DNA from: Hyaloraphidium curvatum SAG 235-1
Taxonomy: Eukaryota > Fungi > Monoblepharomycota
Direction: 5' to 3'
NCBI GenBank assembly: GCA_025558095.1
Contig: JAIVFI010000017.1
Location: forward strand, 310,001-374,000
DNA length: 64,000 nt
Positions 10,896-24,064 of the stretch are shown piece after piece. Below the pieces are notes generated by a model, which was given only the letters and a program-made list of their open reading frames with translations, searched no databases and had not been told where the DNA came from. The position numbers were made by a program, and so were the translations under genes. Each line of letters begins with the position of its first letter. Position 1 is the stretch's first letter.

Positions 10896-13800
10896 TCAAT
10901 CAAGCTGAATAGCACCATTCTCCTTGCCGGACGCGCTGTCCGGCAAAGCGGGTATCGCGCTGGCCCCGCCAGCAGCACCCTTTCCGTCCGCGGGCGTCGC
11001 GGGCTTCTTGGGTTTCCTGACCCTCGGCTTCGGCGCCGCCTTCGGGGCGTCTCCCGCACCCTGCGCCTCTGCTAGCTCCTCCTTTGCCCAGGACTGGGCC
11101 GCCCGCCGGCGCTTCTTCGAAACCGGGGCGGGGGTCGATTCCGGAGTGCCGGGATCCGTTCCGTCGCCTTCGCGTTTGCGCTTCCCGTTCGCGTCACCAG
11201 TGTCCGTGCCCGCGGGCCGCCCCCGCGTCTTCAGCCTCTCTTCCTCCCTGGCGCGTTCGGCCTGCCTCTTCTTGAGGTTCGCCTCCAGCTCGTCGTCGTC
11301 GAGAAGCAGCGCAGCAATGTCCCGGGGCTTGAACTCGACCTGCTGCTGGAAGCCGCCACCGGAAATGACTACCTTTTGCACGTGATCCTTCTGTTTGGCG
11401 CGCTTCAGGATCCGCTCCTCGATTGTGCCGATGGAAATGAGCCGGTAGACCGTGACCTGGCGCGTCTGCCCCAGCCGATGGCAGCGATCCATGGCCTGCT
11501 GGTCCACGGTCGGGTTCCAGTCCGAGTCGTAGAAAATGACCGTGTCGGCGGCGGTAAGATTGATGCCCAGGCCACCGGCACGCGTCGAGAGGATGAAGAT
11601 GAACACGTCGGGGTTCGTCTGGAACTCACGAACCATCATGTTCCGCTCCTGCACCGCCGTCTGGCCGTCCAGACGGAGGTACTGGTAGTTGCGGAACGTG
11701 AGGTACTCCTCGATGAGGTCCATCATCCTGACCATCTGGAAGAAGATGAGCACCCGGTGGCCCTCAGCCTTGAGCTTCGGGAGCAGCGAGTCCAGCGCCA
11801 GGAGCTTCCCGGAGTCGTAGATCATCTTCTCCGGTTCCGGGATCCAGATGTGCGAAAAGCCCTGTGTGGTGTCCGTCTCGCCAATGAGGCCGCGGCCGTT
11901 GGTTTCGTCCCTGATGACGCGCACAAGCTCCTTGTTCCGCGGGTTCGAAGGGCCCCCAGGAAGCAGCCCCTCCGTGCCGCTGAGCAGCGCACGCGGGGTT
12001 GCCTCCCAAAAGGCGTCGTCCATCCTGTTCACGAAGGATTTGCTGCTGCAGACCACGTCGACGGGCGCCGCGAGGACCATCGGCTTGTAGGCCGGGGCCT
12101 CCCGCCGCAAACGGCTCTCGGAGGCAATCTGCACCGAAACGGTGCACAGGTCCCTCAGAACGTCCGAAGACGACAGGTTTTCCGCCGTGAAGGGGCTTTG
12201 CGGGGCGATGAGCAACCTGGACGACACTTCGCTGCGGTTCCCGGCCGGCTCCACGTTCTCCTGCAGCTCCTCGAAAACCGCCCGGCGCTGCTCGTCCTTG
12301 CGGTCCACAAGGAGCTGGAGGACACGACGCAAAGCGTCTTCCTTGGAGATGCGGTTCGCGTCCGCGGGAGAAAGGTCCGCAAAGCGAAGGAAGCCAAAAT
12401 CTGAAACAGGGCTTAGGAAGGAGGCAAAATTTGGATTCGACAGGAACCAACCTGCGTCGCCGCGAGCAAGAGACTCGGTGACATGCAGCGGGTGGAAGAT
12501 GTTGAAGAGATGGTCGAGCACTTTGCCGCGAGACGGGTCCCCGACAGGCGCGGAGCCGATGCCGCCGACGTCAACCAGGCCCGATTCGTACAGGGCGCGA
12601 GGCAGCCGCAGCTCGATCGGGCTCGCTTCCGGGCGCCCGATCAAGCTGTCCGTGGGATAGGTCTTGCCCAGGTCCGGCAGCTGGTCGCCCGGCCTGAACA
12701 TGACCATCGGGCTCTCCACCGGGGCGCGCTCGAAGAGCTCCGGGTGATTGCAGACCTTGCGGAACTGCATGACCAGGTTCATCAGGTTGTCCGACGAATC
12801 CTTCTCGCCCAGCGAGCTGATGCGATCCAGCAGATCCGCGACGGAAAGCTTCTCGCGCAGCCCCTTGTAAAGCTTCTTCTGCCGCGGCGTAAGCGCGCAG
12901 GGCACGTCGATCTCGACCTTTTCGCCCAGCTCGTTCTCGACGTCGCGCTTGACGCGCCGCAGCATGAAGGGGCGCAGGATCATGTGCAGCCGCTTGAGCT
13001 GGTGCTCGTTGAGCGTGTTCATGTCCTGCGCGCTTCCTTCAATGTCCTTCGAGAACCACTCGCTGAACTCCTCGTGCGAGTCGAAGAGCGTCGGCATGAT
13101 GAAGTGCAGCAGTGCCCAGAGCTCCTGCATCGAGTTCTGGATGGGCGTACCCGTCAGGAGCAGCCTGTTCCGCGCGTGCAGCTTCTGCAGCTGCTTCCAG
13201 CGCAGCGAGTCGGAGCTCTTGATGGCCTGCGCCTCGTCGAGGATCATGTACTGCCACTTGATCTTCTGGAAGTACTTTTCGTCCTGCGCGACGATCTGGT
13301 AGCTCGTGATGAGCACGTGGAACGCGGCGTCCTTGGTGTAGAGCTTCTTGCGCGCCCAGAACTTGCGGAGCACCTTGCGGTCCGCGGCCTTGCCCCAGTA
13401 CGGCAGCACCTTGAGCGAGGGCGTGAACTTTTCCAGCTCCTGCTGCCAGTTGTGCAGCGTCGAGAGCGGGGCGATGACGAGGTAGGGGCCCCAGATGTTC
13501 TGCACCTCGGCGAGGTAGGCGAGCACCGAGATCGACTGGACCGTTTTGCCGAGGCCCATCTCGTCCGCGAGGATGCCGTTGATGCCCGACTCCCACAGGT
13601 TCACGAGCCAATTGAGCCCCTTCATCTGGTACGCCTTGAGCTTGCACGTGAGCATCTCGGGCTGCGTCACCTCGACCGCCGACGGGAGCATGGTCGGGTT
13701 CTGGAAGTTCATCTCCCCGTCCGCCCGACGGAGCTCCGCGGTCTCGTTGTCGAACGCGCGCGTGCGCTCCTTGGTGCGGTCAAACGCCGCCAGCGCGCTC

Positions 13801-16234
13801 TGCTCGGCGCGCTTGGCGAGGGCCTCGTCCGACTCCTCGTCGAAGTTGATGTCCTTGAAGTTGACCGCGCCATCCGCGGGACCTGCCGCGCCGTCTCCGG
13901 CGGCGACCGCCGCGGGCTGCGACGCCGGCTGCGCGCCCGACTTGTCCTGGATCTTGGCGACGAAGTGCGCGTACAACTCCGTCTGCTGGATCAGGAAGTT
14001 GAGCTTCTTCTGCTGCCTGCGCGCCTCGCGGGCCTCCTCCTCGCGGCGCAGCGCGTCCTGGCGCTCCTTCTCGGCGCGCTTCTGCCGCTCGCGCTCCTCC
14101 TTCTCGTTTTTGCGCCAGAAGACCTGCATCTCCTTGGTCAGCTTGCGCTGCCGCGCCGCAAGCTCCTTCTGCGTGCGGCGGAGGACGAGGGTCATGCGCC
14201 GGGCCTGCTGCGCGCACATCTGGGCGGTCTTCTTCGCGTTGTACTCGCGGACAGTGACGCTTTGCTGGCGCTGCTTGTGTGCCTGCATCGCATGTGATGA
14301 TTCGGTGAGCGATCGCCCGACAAAGACCGCCCGTCAAAGACCCACCTTCGGGATGTGCTTCCGCACGATGGCGTCCCACACCGCCTCCCTCCTCGCCTCG
14401 ACCTCCCTCGGCGACGTGATCCTGTGCTCGGGCCCCACGTCCCCCTCCATGTCCACGAACGGCACCTCGTCCACCTCCACGGGTATCCCCTCGTCCTCCG
14501 ACACCTCGAGCAGCAGCGCCTTTGCCGGCAGCCCCTTGGGCTTCGCCCCCTCGCCCTTTGCCAGCGGCGGGTACGGATCGTCCAGCATCGGGTGCACGTT
14601 GCCGTCGCGGTCCACGATGGGCGCCTTGGTCGACTCGCGCCAGCGGCGGTAGCGCCGCTGGAACCGCCGCTGGTACCGCACCGCCTCGGTGCGCTCCGAC
14701 TCGACCCACTCGGCAACCGCGGCCTCGATTCGCGCGCGGCGGAGGGGGTCCCACTTGGTCAGGAAGAGGCGGACCCACTGGTTGGTCACGGGCTCGGATT
14801 CGTCAAAGTCCGAGAGGTCCGACGAGTCGTACGGGTCCGCGCGCGCGCGCTTCCGGCGGCGGACGTACTTGGCCGAGCTCTGCACGGGGCGGGCGAACTC
14901 GTCCTCGGTGTCGCCGCCGGAGGAGTAGTCCGCCGGACCGGGCTTGGCGGGCGCCTTGCCCTTGCCCTTGGCCGCGCCCGCAACCGCCGGCACCGCGATC
15001 CGAATCTTTTGCACCGTCGCGGCGGCCTGCACGGGCTGTGCCGGGGGGCGGAACTGGTGCATGACGAGCTGGCCCGGCGCGCCGTTGGGTTGCGCTCCTG
15101 GCGCGGCGGGCGACGCCTCCACGCGCGGGCGCTTGCTGGGCTTGGCCTGCGCGGGATCGGCGCCCGGCTGCGCGAGGGCGCGCTTGCGGGATGCGTCGCC
15201 GGCGGGCGGGGCCGAGGTGGGGGGCACAGTGCGCATGGCCGGGAAGGCGGCCGAAGGGTCGTACCCGTTGATCGGCTGGCCGGGCTGCTGGGGCTTGTGT
15301 TGCTGCTGGAGGGCGACCTGGTGCGCGGCCGGGAGGTGCTGGTGCTGTCCCGGGCTCGGGTACCGGATCGCCGCCGGCTGCTGGATGAAGCGCGGCGTTT
15401 CGGGCCGCTGCATCGTGCCAAAGGTGGGAGGCATCGCGCCGACCTGGCCGTGCGCGCCGCCCATGCCCATGGGGTTCAGGATGTTGCCCATCCCGCCCGC
15501 ACCCGGTGCGCCGGGGTTGCCGTTTTGTCCAGGGAAGGAGAGCGGGACGGACGGCGCGGTGCTCGTGGGGCTCGCCTGCAAGCACGTGGACACAGATCAG
15601 AACGAGATCCGGATTCGGCGACCTGCAAGACGCACCTCGGATGAGCTGTAGAGGGGACCGGAGCGCATGGATGGGCCCCGGTCGACGGAAGGAAGGGCCG
15701 AGGGGAGGGCAGTCCGGATGGCGGGGAGCGAGGTCTGCGGCTGGCGGACGATGTGAGCGGAGATCCAAGTGACCGACGGCCGGCGGGAGCTCCCACCGAT
15801 CCCTGGTTCGCCCACGAGCCCGGACGGGCCTCGACGCCGGCGTAATCAGCAAAGTGCATGGGGTCGTAGCCGTAGCGGGCGGTCGCTTGCTGCTGAGCGG
15901 CCTGCTGCTGCGGGCCGGGGAATGTGACCTGGCGCGGCTGGTCGCGGAACTGCGGCTGGGCCTGGGGGGCAGCCAAGCCCTGCTGCTTTGCGTGCGCGTA
16001 GAATGCGTCCGGGCGCGCGGCCACCTGGCCCTGCGGGTGCGCGTAGACGTACGGCGCGGCGGCCGGGCGGGGCGGTTGGCCCGCGCCCTGCTGCCACTGC
16101 TGGCCGGCGTAGTTGAAGTGCTGCTGCTGCATCTGCGGCAGGTACGCGTTCGGGCGCTGCTGCGCGAACTGCTGCTGGGCGGCGGCGGTCGGCTGCGCGG
16201 GGTGCGCGTGCGGCTGCTGGTTGGGCGCCGACAT
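10896..16234 (-). CDS. INO80: INO80 chromatin-remodelling ATPase with a long Q/P-rich N-terminus
   Basis: DBINO (KKLNFLIQQTELYAHF), [25 protein letters not shown], split helicase insertion, SDWNPTVDQQAMDRCHRLGQ. The 5' exons are inferred. Confidence 0.95.
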
Positions 16235-16774
16235 CGCGCGACGGCGGGCGGAAGAACGGCCGAAATCGAGGAATCAAATGGCACCGCGGCCAACGGCCAT
16301 CGGCGGCGGCGTCCCCCGTCCGTGAGAGGGAGCGCCCCCCGCTGTGACCGCCGCCCCGGTGGATGCGGGTGCGGAGTGGGTCGGTGCAACGGCGTCCGTG
16401 CGGAAAGGCCGCCGGGCGCGGGCGCGGGAGTCCGCAGGAACGTGGGGCGCCGTGCCGGGAACGGCGATGCGATATGTGCACGCGGCCCCGCCCCCAACCG
16501 CGCGCCAAACCGGAGGATGATGATTCGGACTGGAAACACAGCACCGACTCGGCCGCCCCTTTCCGCGTTCTAAGGGCCGGGAGCGCGTCCAATTGCCGAT
16601 TGCATCGGCGGAAACGCGGCTCCCGCGCTTCGCCGGACGCGTCCCGGGCCGCCCCAGCTCGGAGGGGTGGGCGGAGCGGCGGAGACGGGGCAGTCTGGAC
16701 CCGTCCGAACCCCCCTCGAGAATCGTGCTGGCAGCCCTCCTACTCCCCATCCTACCGATTCATAAGCATCTTTG

Positions 16775-17918
16775 ATGTCCTATCTGCGGCCTCCGGCGGC
16801 CGGGCAGCCCCAGCCGGCGGCCCAGCAACCCCAGCAGCCCGCCGCGGGGGGCAACCAGCTCCCGGCCCTCCTGGCCGAGCTGCACGCCCTGGGCACGCTG
16901 GCCTGCTTCCGCCATTTTGACCCGTACCTAAGAGGTCGCGAGGAGGTGTGGATTCGCGGGTTGGGCCCCGAAAGATGGGAAAGTGACGCGCGTTCGGCCA
17001 GCTCCTGCTTCGGGTGTCCAACGACGGTCGCCCGCAACATACCATGGCGCACTCGAACGTGGCTTCAGTGGTGGAGCCGAGGTGCGGACAGACGCAGGGC
17101 ATGTCGCTGTTTCTCTTCAGCTGACGGACTGCTCTCCGCACAGTGAGGCGCAGAACCTCTCTTATCGGACTCGCCAGGCGTGGGTCTCCTGCGGATTCCG
17201 AGCATGCCTTACAACTCACGTGCCTTCCTTTACAGCATCAAAGCCTCGGAATCGCTCCGCAACCCGCTGGACCACCCCCCGGCCAGCCCGTGCGACCGCG
17301 AGCTCGAGCGCGACGACTCGCGCACCACCTTCCTCGTCGCCGGCTACGCCCGCTACGGCAAGCCGTTTGTCTGGGTTGGTCCAGCCCGCCTTTCGTGAAG
17401 ACTCATAGTTGACCATACCTTCGCAGCTCCGTTCGACGGACCCCGCCGTCCTCGCCCGCCTCGCCCACGTCCGCCCCCCGCCCGACACCCCCTCGACCCC
17501 CGGCACCGCCGACGTCCCCCTCAAGCTCGACAGCACCGCGCGCTGGGCCGCCGGCGAGGACGTGCACGCGTCGGACATTGTGGCGGAGCTCGTGGGCGTG
17601 GCGGTGCTGCCCCCGCCCGCGAACCCGTTCGCGGTGGACCACGGGTTCCTGGACGCGCTGCCGCTGGAGGAGTCGGTGCTGCTTTCGGGGGCGCTGGCGG
17701 AGTTTTTGGCGGGGGTGTGGGGCCGCGGCGGGCCGCTTGCGGAAAAGGGTGGGTCGATTCGGGCGACGAAGAGTCATATTGAGAGACTGACGAGCCTCCC
17801 TTGCCGGCCTCGAACGCCCGCACCCGCCGCGGACGACCGTACAGTTTGGCCGGATCTGCAGGAGCTGCTGCACCGCCACACCAAGGAGCTGTGCGAGCTC
17901 GAAAAGGGCAAGCACTGA
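16775..17918 (+). CDS. Conserved-looking uncharacterised protein; multi-exon
   Basis: Spliced blocks LLAELHALGTLACFRHFDPYLRGREE / TFLVAGYARYGKPFVW|LRS / PLKLDST / NPFAVDHGFLDALPLEESVLLSGAL. Strong GC3 bias; GT-AG introns. Confidence 0.7.
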
Positions 17919-18003
17919 AGCCCCGTCCCCCTTTCCCCTCCTTTCGCCCGTGTAATCGCCCACGGGCCGCGGAAAGAGATACCCGAGCCAGAATTCCGCC
18001 CTG

Positions 18004-19080
18004 TCACGAGCTCCTCGGTGACCGTATGAGCTGCAGGAACTCCTGCCGCGTCCGCGAGTCCCGCCGAAAGTCCCCGAGCATCGTGCTCGTGATGGTCTTG
18101 CTCCCGACCTTCTGCACGCCCCGCATCACCATGCACATGTGCCTGCCGGTCCGCCTGTATCAGCGATCGCCCAATGGCACCGCCGGAGGCCCCGCTCACG
18201 TGCACTCCATCACCACTGCGACGCCGAGCGGCTGTAGGAGCTCCTGCAGGGCCACGGCGATCTGCTTCGTCAGGCGCTCCTGGACCTGCAGCCGCCGCGA
18301 AAAGAGGTCCGCGATCCGGGCCAGCTTGGAGAGGCCGATGACGCGCTGGTTGGGGATGTAGCCGATCGAGACGGTGCCGACAAAGGGGACCAGGTGGTGC
18401 TCGCAGAGCGAGTGGACCTGCCGGGCCGTCAACGGCAGGGGGAATGGTGGCGAGAGCGCCGTGTTCGGTCAGAAAATGGGCGGAATGGTCACCGTGGTGA
18501 GCATTCGTGGCCGCCAGAGCCCGAGGTAACCCACCTCGATGTCCCGGACGATCACCATGTCGTCGTGCCCCTCCTCGTGGAACACGGCCCCGTTCAGCAC
18601 CTCGGCAATGTCCTCCTCATATCCCTTTGTCAGGAACATGAGAGCCTTGGCGTACCTGTCCGGCGTCTTGAGCAGTCCCTCCCTCGCGGGGTCCTCCCCA
18701 ATGCACTCGAGCAGCGTCGCCACGGCGTCCCTCATCTTCCGGAACCTAGCCTCCTTCTCCTCCTCAGTCTCCTCCTTGCGCGCCTTGGTCCCGATCGCTG
18801 CGGAACGCGTCCGGCGGGGCGTCAATCGCGCCGCCGGGGACCCTGGACTCGCGGACCCACATGGCCAGCTCAGCCCGTCGGAATCGGGGATCGGCGTCGC
18901 CGTGCGGGCCTGCGCGTCCTGCGTCTCCTTGACGATGCGACCGACGAGCTGGTTCAGGTAGGGCGCGGACTCGGGCGAGCCGATGTCGTCGGGATGGCCC
19001 GAGTAGGGGGCCCGCGGTCGCGGGACGGCCATGGGCGGAGAGTGCCCGTTCGGGCCGTTGACAGGCGAAGGAGCAGCCAT
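18004..19080 (-). CDS. FOL2: GTP cyclohydrolase I
   Basis: [58 protein letters not shown]. Confidence 0.97.
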
Positions 19081-19212
19081 CGCGGGATACCGAGGGTCCG
19101 CAGCTCGGGTTCCGTGCTCCTTGACGTGGGATCGGAGGTGGTTCCCAGAAGGGTGATCGCAGCGGGCGGGAACCATATGGGCCGGCCGCTCCAAACAACC
19201 GTAAACACAAAT

Positions 19213-20659
19213 ATGGGCGGCCGGCGGAAGAAGCGGCGGACGCACCAGCCTATCAAGGAGGACGATGTTGCCAAAGTGCCAAAGTCCTTCGTCTTCCGCT
19301 CCGGCGCAGCCTCCAAGACGGTGGCCCACCTCGTCCACGACGTGCGAAAGGTCATGGAGCCCAACACGGCCTCCAACCTGCGGGAGCGCAAGTCCAACAA
19401 GCTCAAGGACTTCACCCACGTCGCCTCGCAGTTCGGCGTGACGCACTTTGTCATCCTGACCGAGACGGACAAGGGGACCAACATGCGGGTGGCGAGGCAC
19501 CCCCGGGGACCGACACTGCACTTCCGGGTCGAGGACTACGTGCTCACCCGCGAGGTGGTGGCTTCGCAAGCCAAACCGAAGGCGCCGTCGAGGGCCGAGT
19601 TTGGCAACTCGCCTCTGGTGGGCATCCGGCGCTCCTGGGCCAGGGGGGAGGCTCCCTAAAACCGTTCTCGGCGCAGCTCGTGCTCAACAACTTTGGCGGC
19701 GACGCAAACCACATGAAACTTATGGTCTCGATGTTCCAAAACATGTTCCCGGCGATCAACGTCCAGACCGTGGGTCGCCGGCTCTCCCCGCGCCTTGAAA
19801 CTCCTTTGCTGATCGTTCCCCTATAGATGAAGCTCTCGGAAGCCCGCCGCGTCCTGCTCCTCAGCTATGACCGCGAAACGGGACTCATCGAGTTCCGCCA
19901 CTACAGCATCGGCGTCTCGGTGACGGGCGTGAGCAAGTCGGTGAAACGGATCGTGCAGTCCAACCTCCCGGACCTGCACAACTTCGAGGATATGGGTGAT
20001 TTCGTCCTGCGCGGCTCGCAGGCGTCGGAGTCGGACGTGGAGGACGGGCCCGAGAGCACCGTCACGCTGGCGCAGAACTTTGTCGGGCGGAACAACCGCA
20101 AATCGGAGCAGAGGGCGATCAGGCTCCACGAGCTGGGGCCGAGGCTCACGCTGCGGCTGGTCAAGATCCAGGAGGGCATGTGCGATGGGGAAGTCTTGTT
20201 CCACGAGTTCGGTGGGTGTCGTTGGAGTGGCTTGTTTGAGGCTGCGCGCTGACGGAGATGGATCCCCCAGAGAAACGCACCCCGGAAGAGATCGCGAAGC
20301 AGAAGAAGGAGTTTGCCAAGAAGCAGGCAGAGAAGGAGCGCCGACGGGCGGAGCAGGAAGCCAACGTGAAGAGGAAGAAGGAGGCCGAGGCGTCGAAGTC
20401 GGGCGACAAGCGGAAGCATGTTTCGTTCGCCGGGGAAGATGCGGAGTCCGAAGCTGACGACGAGGAGAGCGGCGACGAGGACAAAGGGGACTCTGAGGAC
20501 GAGGACGGTGGGAGATCGGACGATGATGGCGAGGAAGAATCAGCGGGGAGCGACGAGGAGGTCAGCGAGGACCTGGATGAGGGCGCCTCGGGGTCGTCAG
20601 AGAGCGAGGAGGAGGCTCCGGCGAGAAGGCCGATGGGGAAGCCCAAGCGATCGCGGTAG
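19213..20659 (+). CDS. SSF1: Brix-domain ribosome biogenesis protein Ssf1/Peter Pan
   Basis: [54 protein letters not shown]. Confidence 0.95.
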
Positions 20660-20744
20660 CACGTTGACGTGTGAAAGGTGGCTGTACAGACGATGCGCGA
20701 GAATTCAATCCGCCACGCTGCGCAAGCCCCACCGCCCTCCAACG

Positions 20745-23482
20745 ATGGCCGCCGTGGTCCTCCAGAGGCGTCTCCTTGGTGCGATTTCACGCTGGCCTCA
20801 GGCTCTGCCGCTCGCTGTCGGCGGACCACGCCTCTGGTCCACCGGAGCGGCTCCTGTCTCGCGTCTCCCTTATCGCGCACTGCGGCCATTGTCGAATTCT
20901 CGCGCAGACATTGTTCGTCGCTCCAGCACGGCGGCAGCCCTAGATAGCGCCGCCGGTATCGCTCCGAAGACTTCGTTTGATGCAAACACGGACGTGGCCG
21001 GCACATTCCGGGCGGAATGCACCTTGACTTCTACCCTGCCTCCACTGACGGGCGGTAACACCGGCCGCCTCTGGATTGACGGTGTTCTTCCGCTTTGCAC
21101 CGGCTGGCTTGATCCCCGGCGTCTCTTCGCCACCGAGTCGAAAGACAAGCACGTCGAGAATCTGCAAGCCCTGCTTCTGGCAATGTCCTTTCCCCATCGA
21201 TTTGTGATTGTCGATGCGAAGCCGTCGACAAAAGAGGGCGGCCTCCTGCTCGAGTACACGTACGACGGTGACGCCAAGCAGGTGGGCCGTCCCTCGCAGT
21301 CCGCCGCACCCAGATGCTGATCTGCGCCCGCCCGCCATTATGTGGCGGTCGCACCTGCGCCCCGTCGGCATCCGCCCACCGTTTGAAGGCTGCGGAGTTG
21401 ATCCAGGAATACTTCTCGACGCACATCAAGCGTTCGTGGCTTGCTCCTTCTCGAACTGTCAGGGCATTTCACATCGCCGGCGAGCCATGGATTGACGATC
21501 TGCTGTCATCGTACGCGACAAAGAGATTGCACGTGGATTTCATAGGACCGGGTGTTCCGCAGACGAGCACCCTGTACAACCTCTTTCGGCAGTTTGGCAG
21601 GATCGCGGACATCCAGTACCTCCCACCAGTATCGGGCTTCCCCCGGTCGGCCGTTATCCGCTACGTCAACAACAAGCGCGATGCGGCCAGCGCGAAGAAC
21701 TCCCTCAACGGCTACACGTTGCCGGATGGCACGAAGCTCGCCCTGTCATACGTTTCGCATGCGTCCTTGCTATCGCGCGGGCTGACCTTTGTGAACTCGC
21801 ACGGACGCTTTGCGGTTCTATTCTTTGGCCTTGCGATCGCTCTCGTGAGCTACCTGGTCTTTGATCCGCTGCGGAGATTTTTTGTGCGGAACAAGATCAC
21901 GGGCAGATACGGTTGGGGAGACGTTTCTGCCGGCCTCCGCCGAGTGGGCTTGCTGAATGAGCACGTCACGGATCTCTACGAGGCAGCCTCGCGCAACATC
22001 ACGAGCATTTTGGGGCTGCGAAGGGCACAGACTTCCCCCGTGTTCCGCAACCTGGTTTCGCAAGAGACGCAGAGCGAGATCGCGCGGCTGGTTGCGGTGC
22101 TGCAGAGGAAGCCGGAGTGCATGGCGCTGTTGATCGGACCCAAAGGCAGTGGCAAGACACAGTTGATCGGGACCCTGCTGCCCGACTTCCCGTCGACCCT
22201 GGTCATCGATGTCGAAAGCTTGATGTCCCAAACGGAGGACGAGGCGCTGCTGTCGTCGTTGGCTGCCCAAACCGGGTACAAGCCTCGCTTCAGGGGCCTG
22301 AACACCATCGGCGCACTGGCGGATTCGCTGCTGTTTTCCCTCACGGGCACCAAGGCCGGCCTCTCCACGACGACGGAGGACCAGTTCAAGGCCATCCTCA
22401 CGCTCGTCACCCAGGCGCTCACGGAGATTGCCAAAAGCCAGGGAGCCGAACTGAATGCGCAGGCTCGGCTCACCTTGAGCCTGGCTGGCGACATTGAGAA
22501 CGCGCCGGGCATCAGCTACCCCGTCGTGGTCGTTCGGGAAGCTTATGGTCGTCAGACCGGGAAGTACGGATTCGTGAACGACCTGATCGTCGAGTGGGCC
22601 TCGGGACTCGTGGACACGGGCGTGGCCAATGTGCTGCTGACGAGCAGGAACGCCGCTGCGCCCAAACTTGTTTCAAAGCACACCGCACGTGCCCCCGAGG
22701 CGGTCGTTCTCCATGACGCGTCTTTCGAACGCGCACAGGACTTTATGATGGCCGTGCTGGGGAAGGAAAACATGACGAGCTGTGGTGCCGAAGTGACCAA
22801 AGTGTTGCAGACCCTCGGCGGCCGTTTGGAGGACCTCAACGAGTACATCAGCCTCGTGAAGGCGAACCCGCAAGTCAGGGCCGGAGGCGGCGTGACACCG
22901 GCTGCCTTGACCGAGGCCTTAGAAGCGATGGTCGAAAGGGCCGTCGCGGACGTTAGGCGGGTTGGTTTTGGCATTGGGTTGGAGGAGGGGAAGAAGAGGG
23001 CGTGGACGACCGAGCAGTTCTTCGGGGTAGTCAAGCTGCTGGCATCGCAGGACAAGGTCGGATCGGATGCGATGCGAACCCGGCTTTTCGGTGGCGACGC
23101 GAACCCGATCCTGCACATGGAACAGGAGGAGCTGGTCAGCGTCAGCGGGAACAACATCTCGGCTGGAAGGCCCCTGCTTAAGGCTGCCTTCCGGCGCATC
23201 CTGCAGGATCAGGCCTTCTCTGCAGGCCTGGAGATCTTGGAGCTGCGCGCGGAACAGAAGGAGCTGACTGGCAAGCTTCAGGGGTGGGAAGCCGAACTTT
23301 CCTCGCTGCAAACTATTTTGTTTGGCGAGTCCGGAAGTGGCGGCGTTACCAAGATCGCCCGGGACGCCAAGTCTTCCCTCGCCGACCGCGTGGAGTGGCT
23401 GCTTGCCAAGTGTGCGAGCGCATCTCGGACGATCGCGGAGAACGACAAGCGGATCAAGGCCGCGGAAAGCGCCTTGCAGTAG
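20745..23482 (+). CDS. YME2: Mitochondrial escape protein 2 (RRM, TM, AAA-like/RNA12 domain)
   Basis: Arg-rich presequence, KEGGLL, GEPWIDDL, LYNLFRQFGRIADI RRM, FDPLRRFFV, GPKGSGKT, LGGRLEDL. Confidence 0.9.
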
Positions 23483-23594
23483 CGGGTCGCGGGAACTTGC
23501 GAGCTTTTGGAGCTCTGTCTTCGTCATACTTTTCTCTTTGAGTCCTTCATTAGAGACGGATTGCAGGTTAGGACCCCGAGCGAGTTTCGTCCGG

Positions 23595-23636
23595 CCGCCA
23601 AATATCCCGCCAAAGCTTTTCGGCAACCCCGCCAAA
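23595..23636. promoter_or_regulatory. Three tandem CCGCCAAA (TTTGGCGG) E2F-like motifs upstream of the KH-SAM gene
   Basis: Copies at 23595, 23607 and 23629. Confidence 0.4.
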
Positions 23637-24064
23637 CGGGACCCCAAGGCCCCTCTTTCGGTCGTCGCTAGAGTAGAGCGAACGGACTGCAGACGCTGCC
23701 GTGGCCTTGGTGGCCTTGGGTCTGGTTGTCAACACGAGCGTCGCCAGCCGAAACTCACGGGGCGACCTCTCGCACATCGCACGGGGAAGCACCAGCTTGC
23801 GTGCCACGAGCTCATCGCAACCAATCGGAAGGCTCGACTCCGGAAGAGGGGGACCTGAACCCAGCTGGGACATCCGCTCGGGTTTCCGACAACCCACCGG
23901 GACAGCCAATGTTTACCTGCGGCATCGCGCACCATTGAGCGTCGCTATTCGGCCAGAAAGCCCGTAAAACGGCTGTTTAGAAGTAGTAAACACTTGCAGG
24001 ACCCTTCTTTTGGTGGCGGCGGCAGCTGGGAGGCAGCTGCGGGACATTGAACCCTGCCTGGAAC

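Noticed and set aside
12483-14297. Long antisense ORFs (604 aa here; also 331-1632, 3354-4859, 31338-32678, 32419-33768)
   Set aside because: Shadow frames of high-GC3 genes on the opposite strand; no independent motifs.
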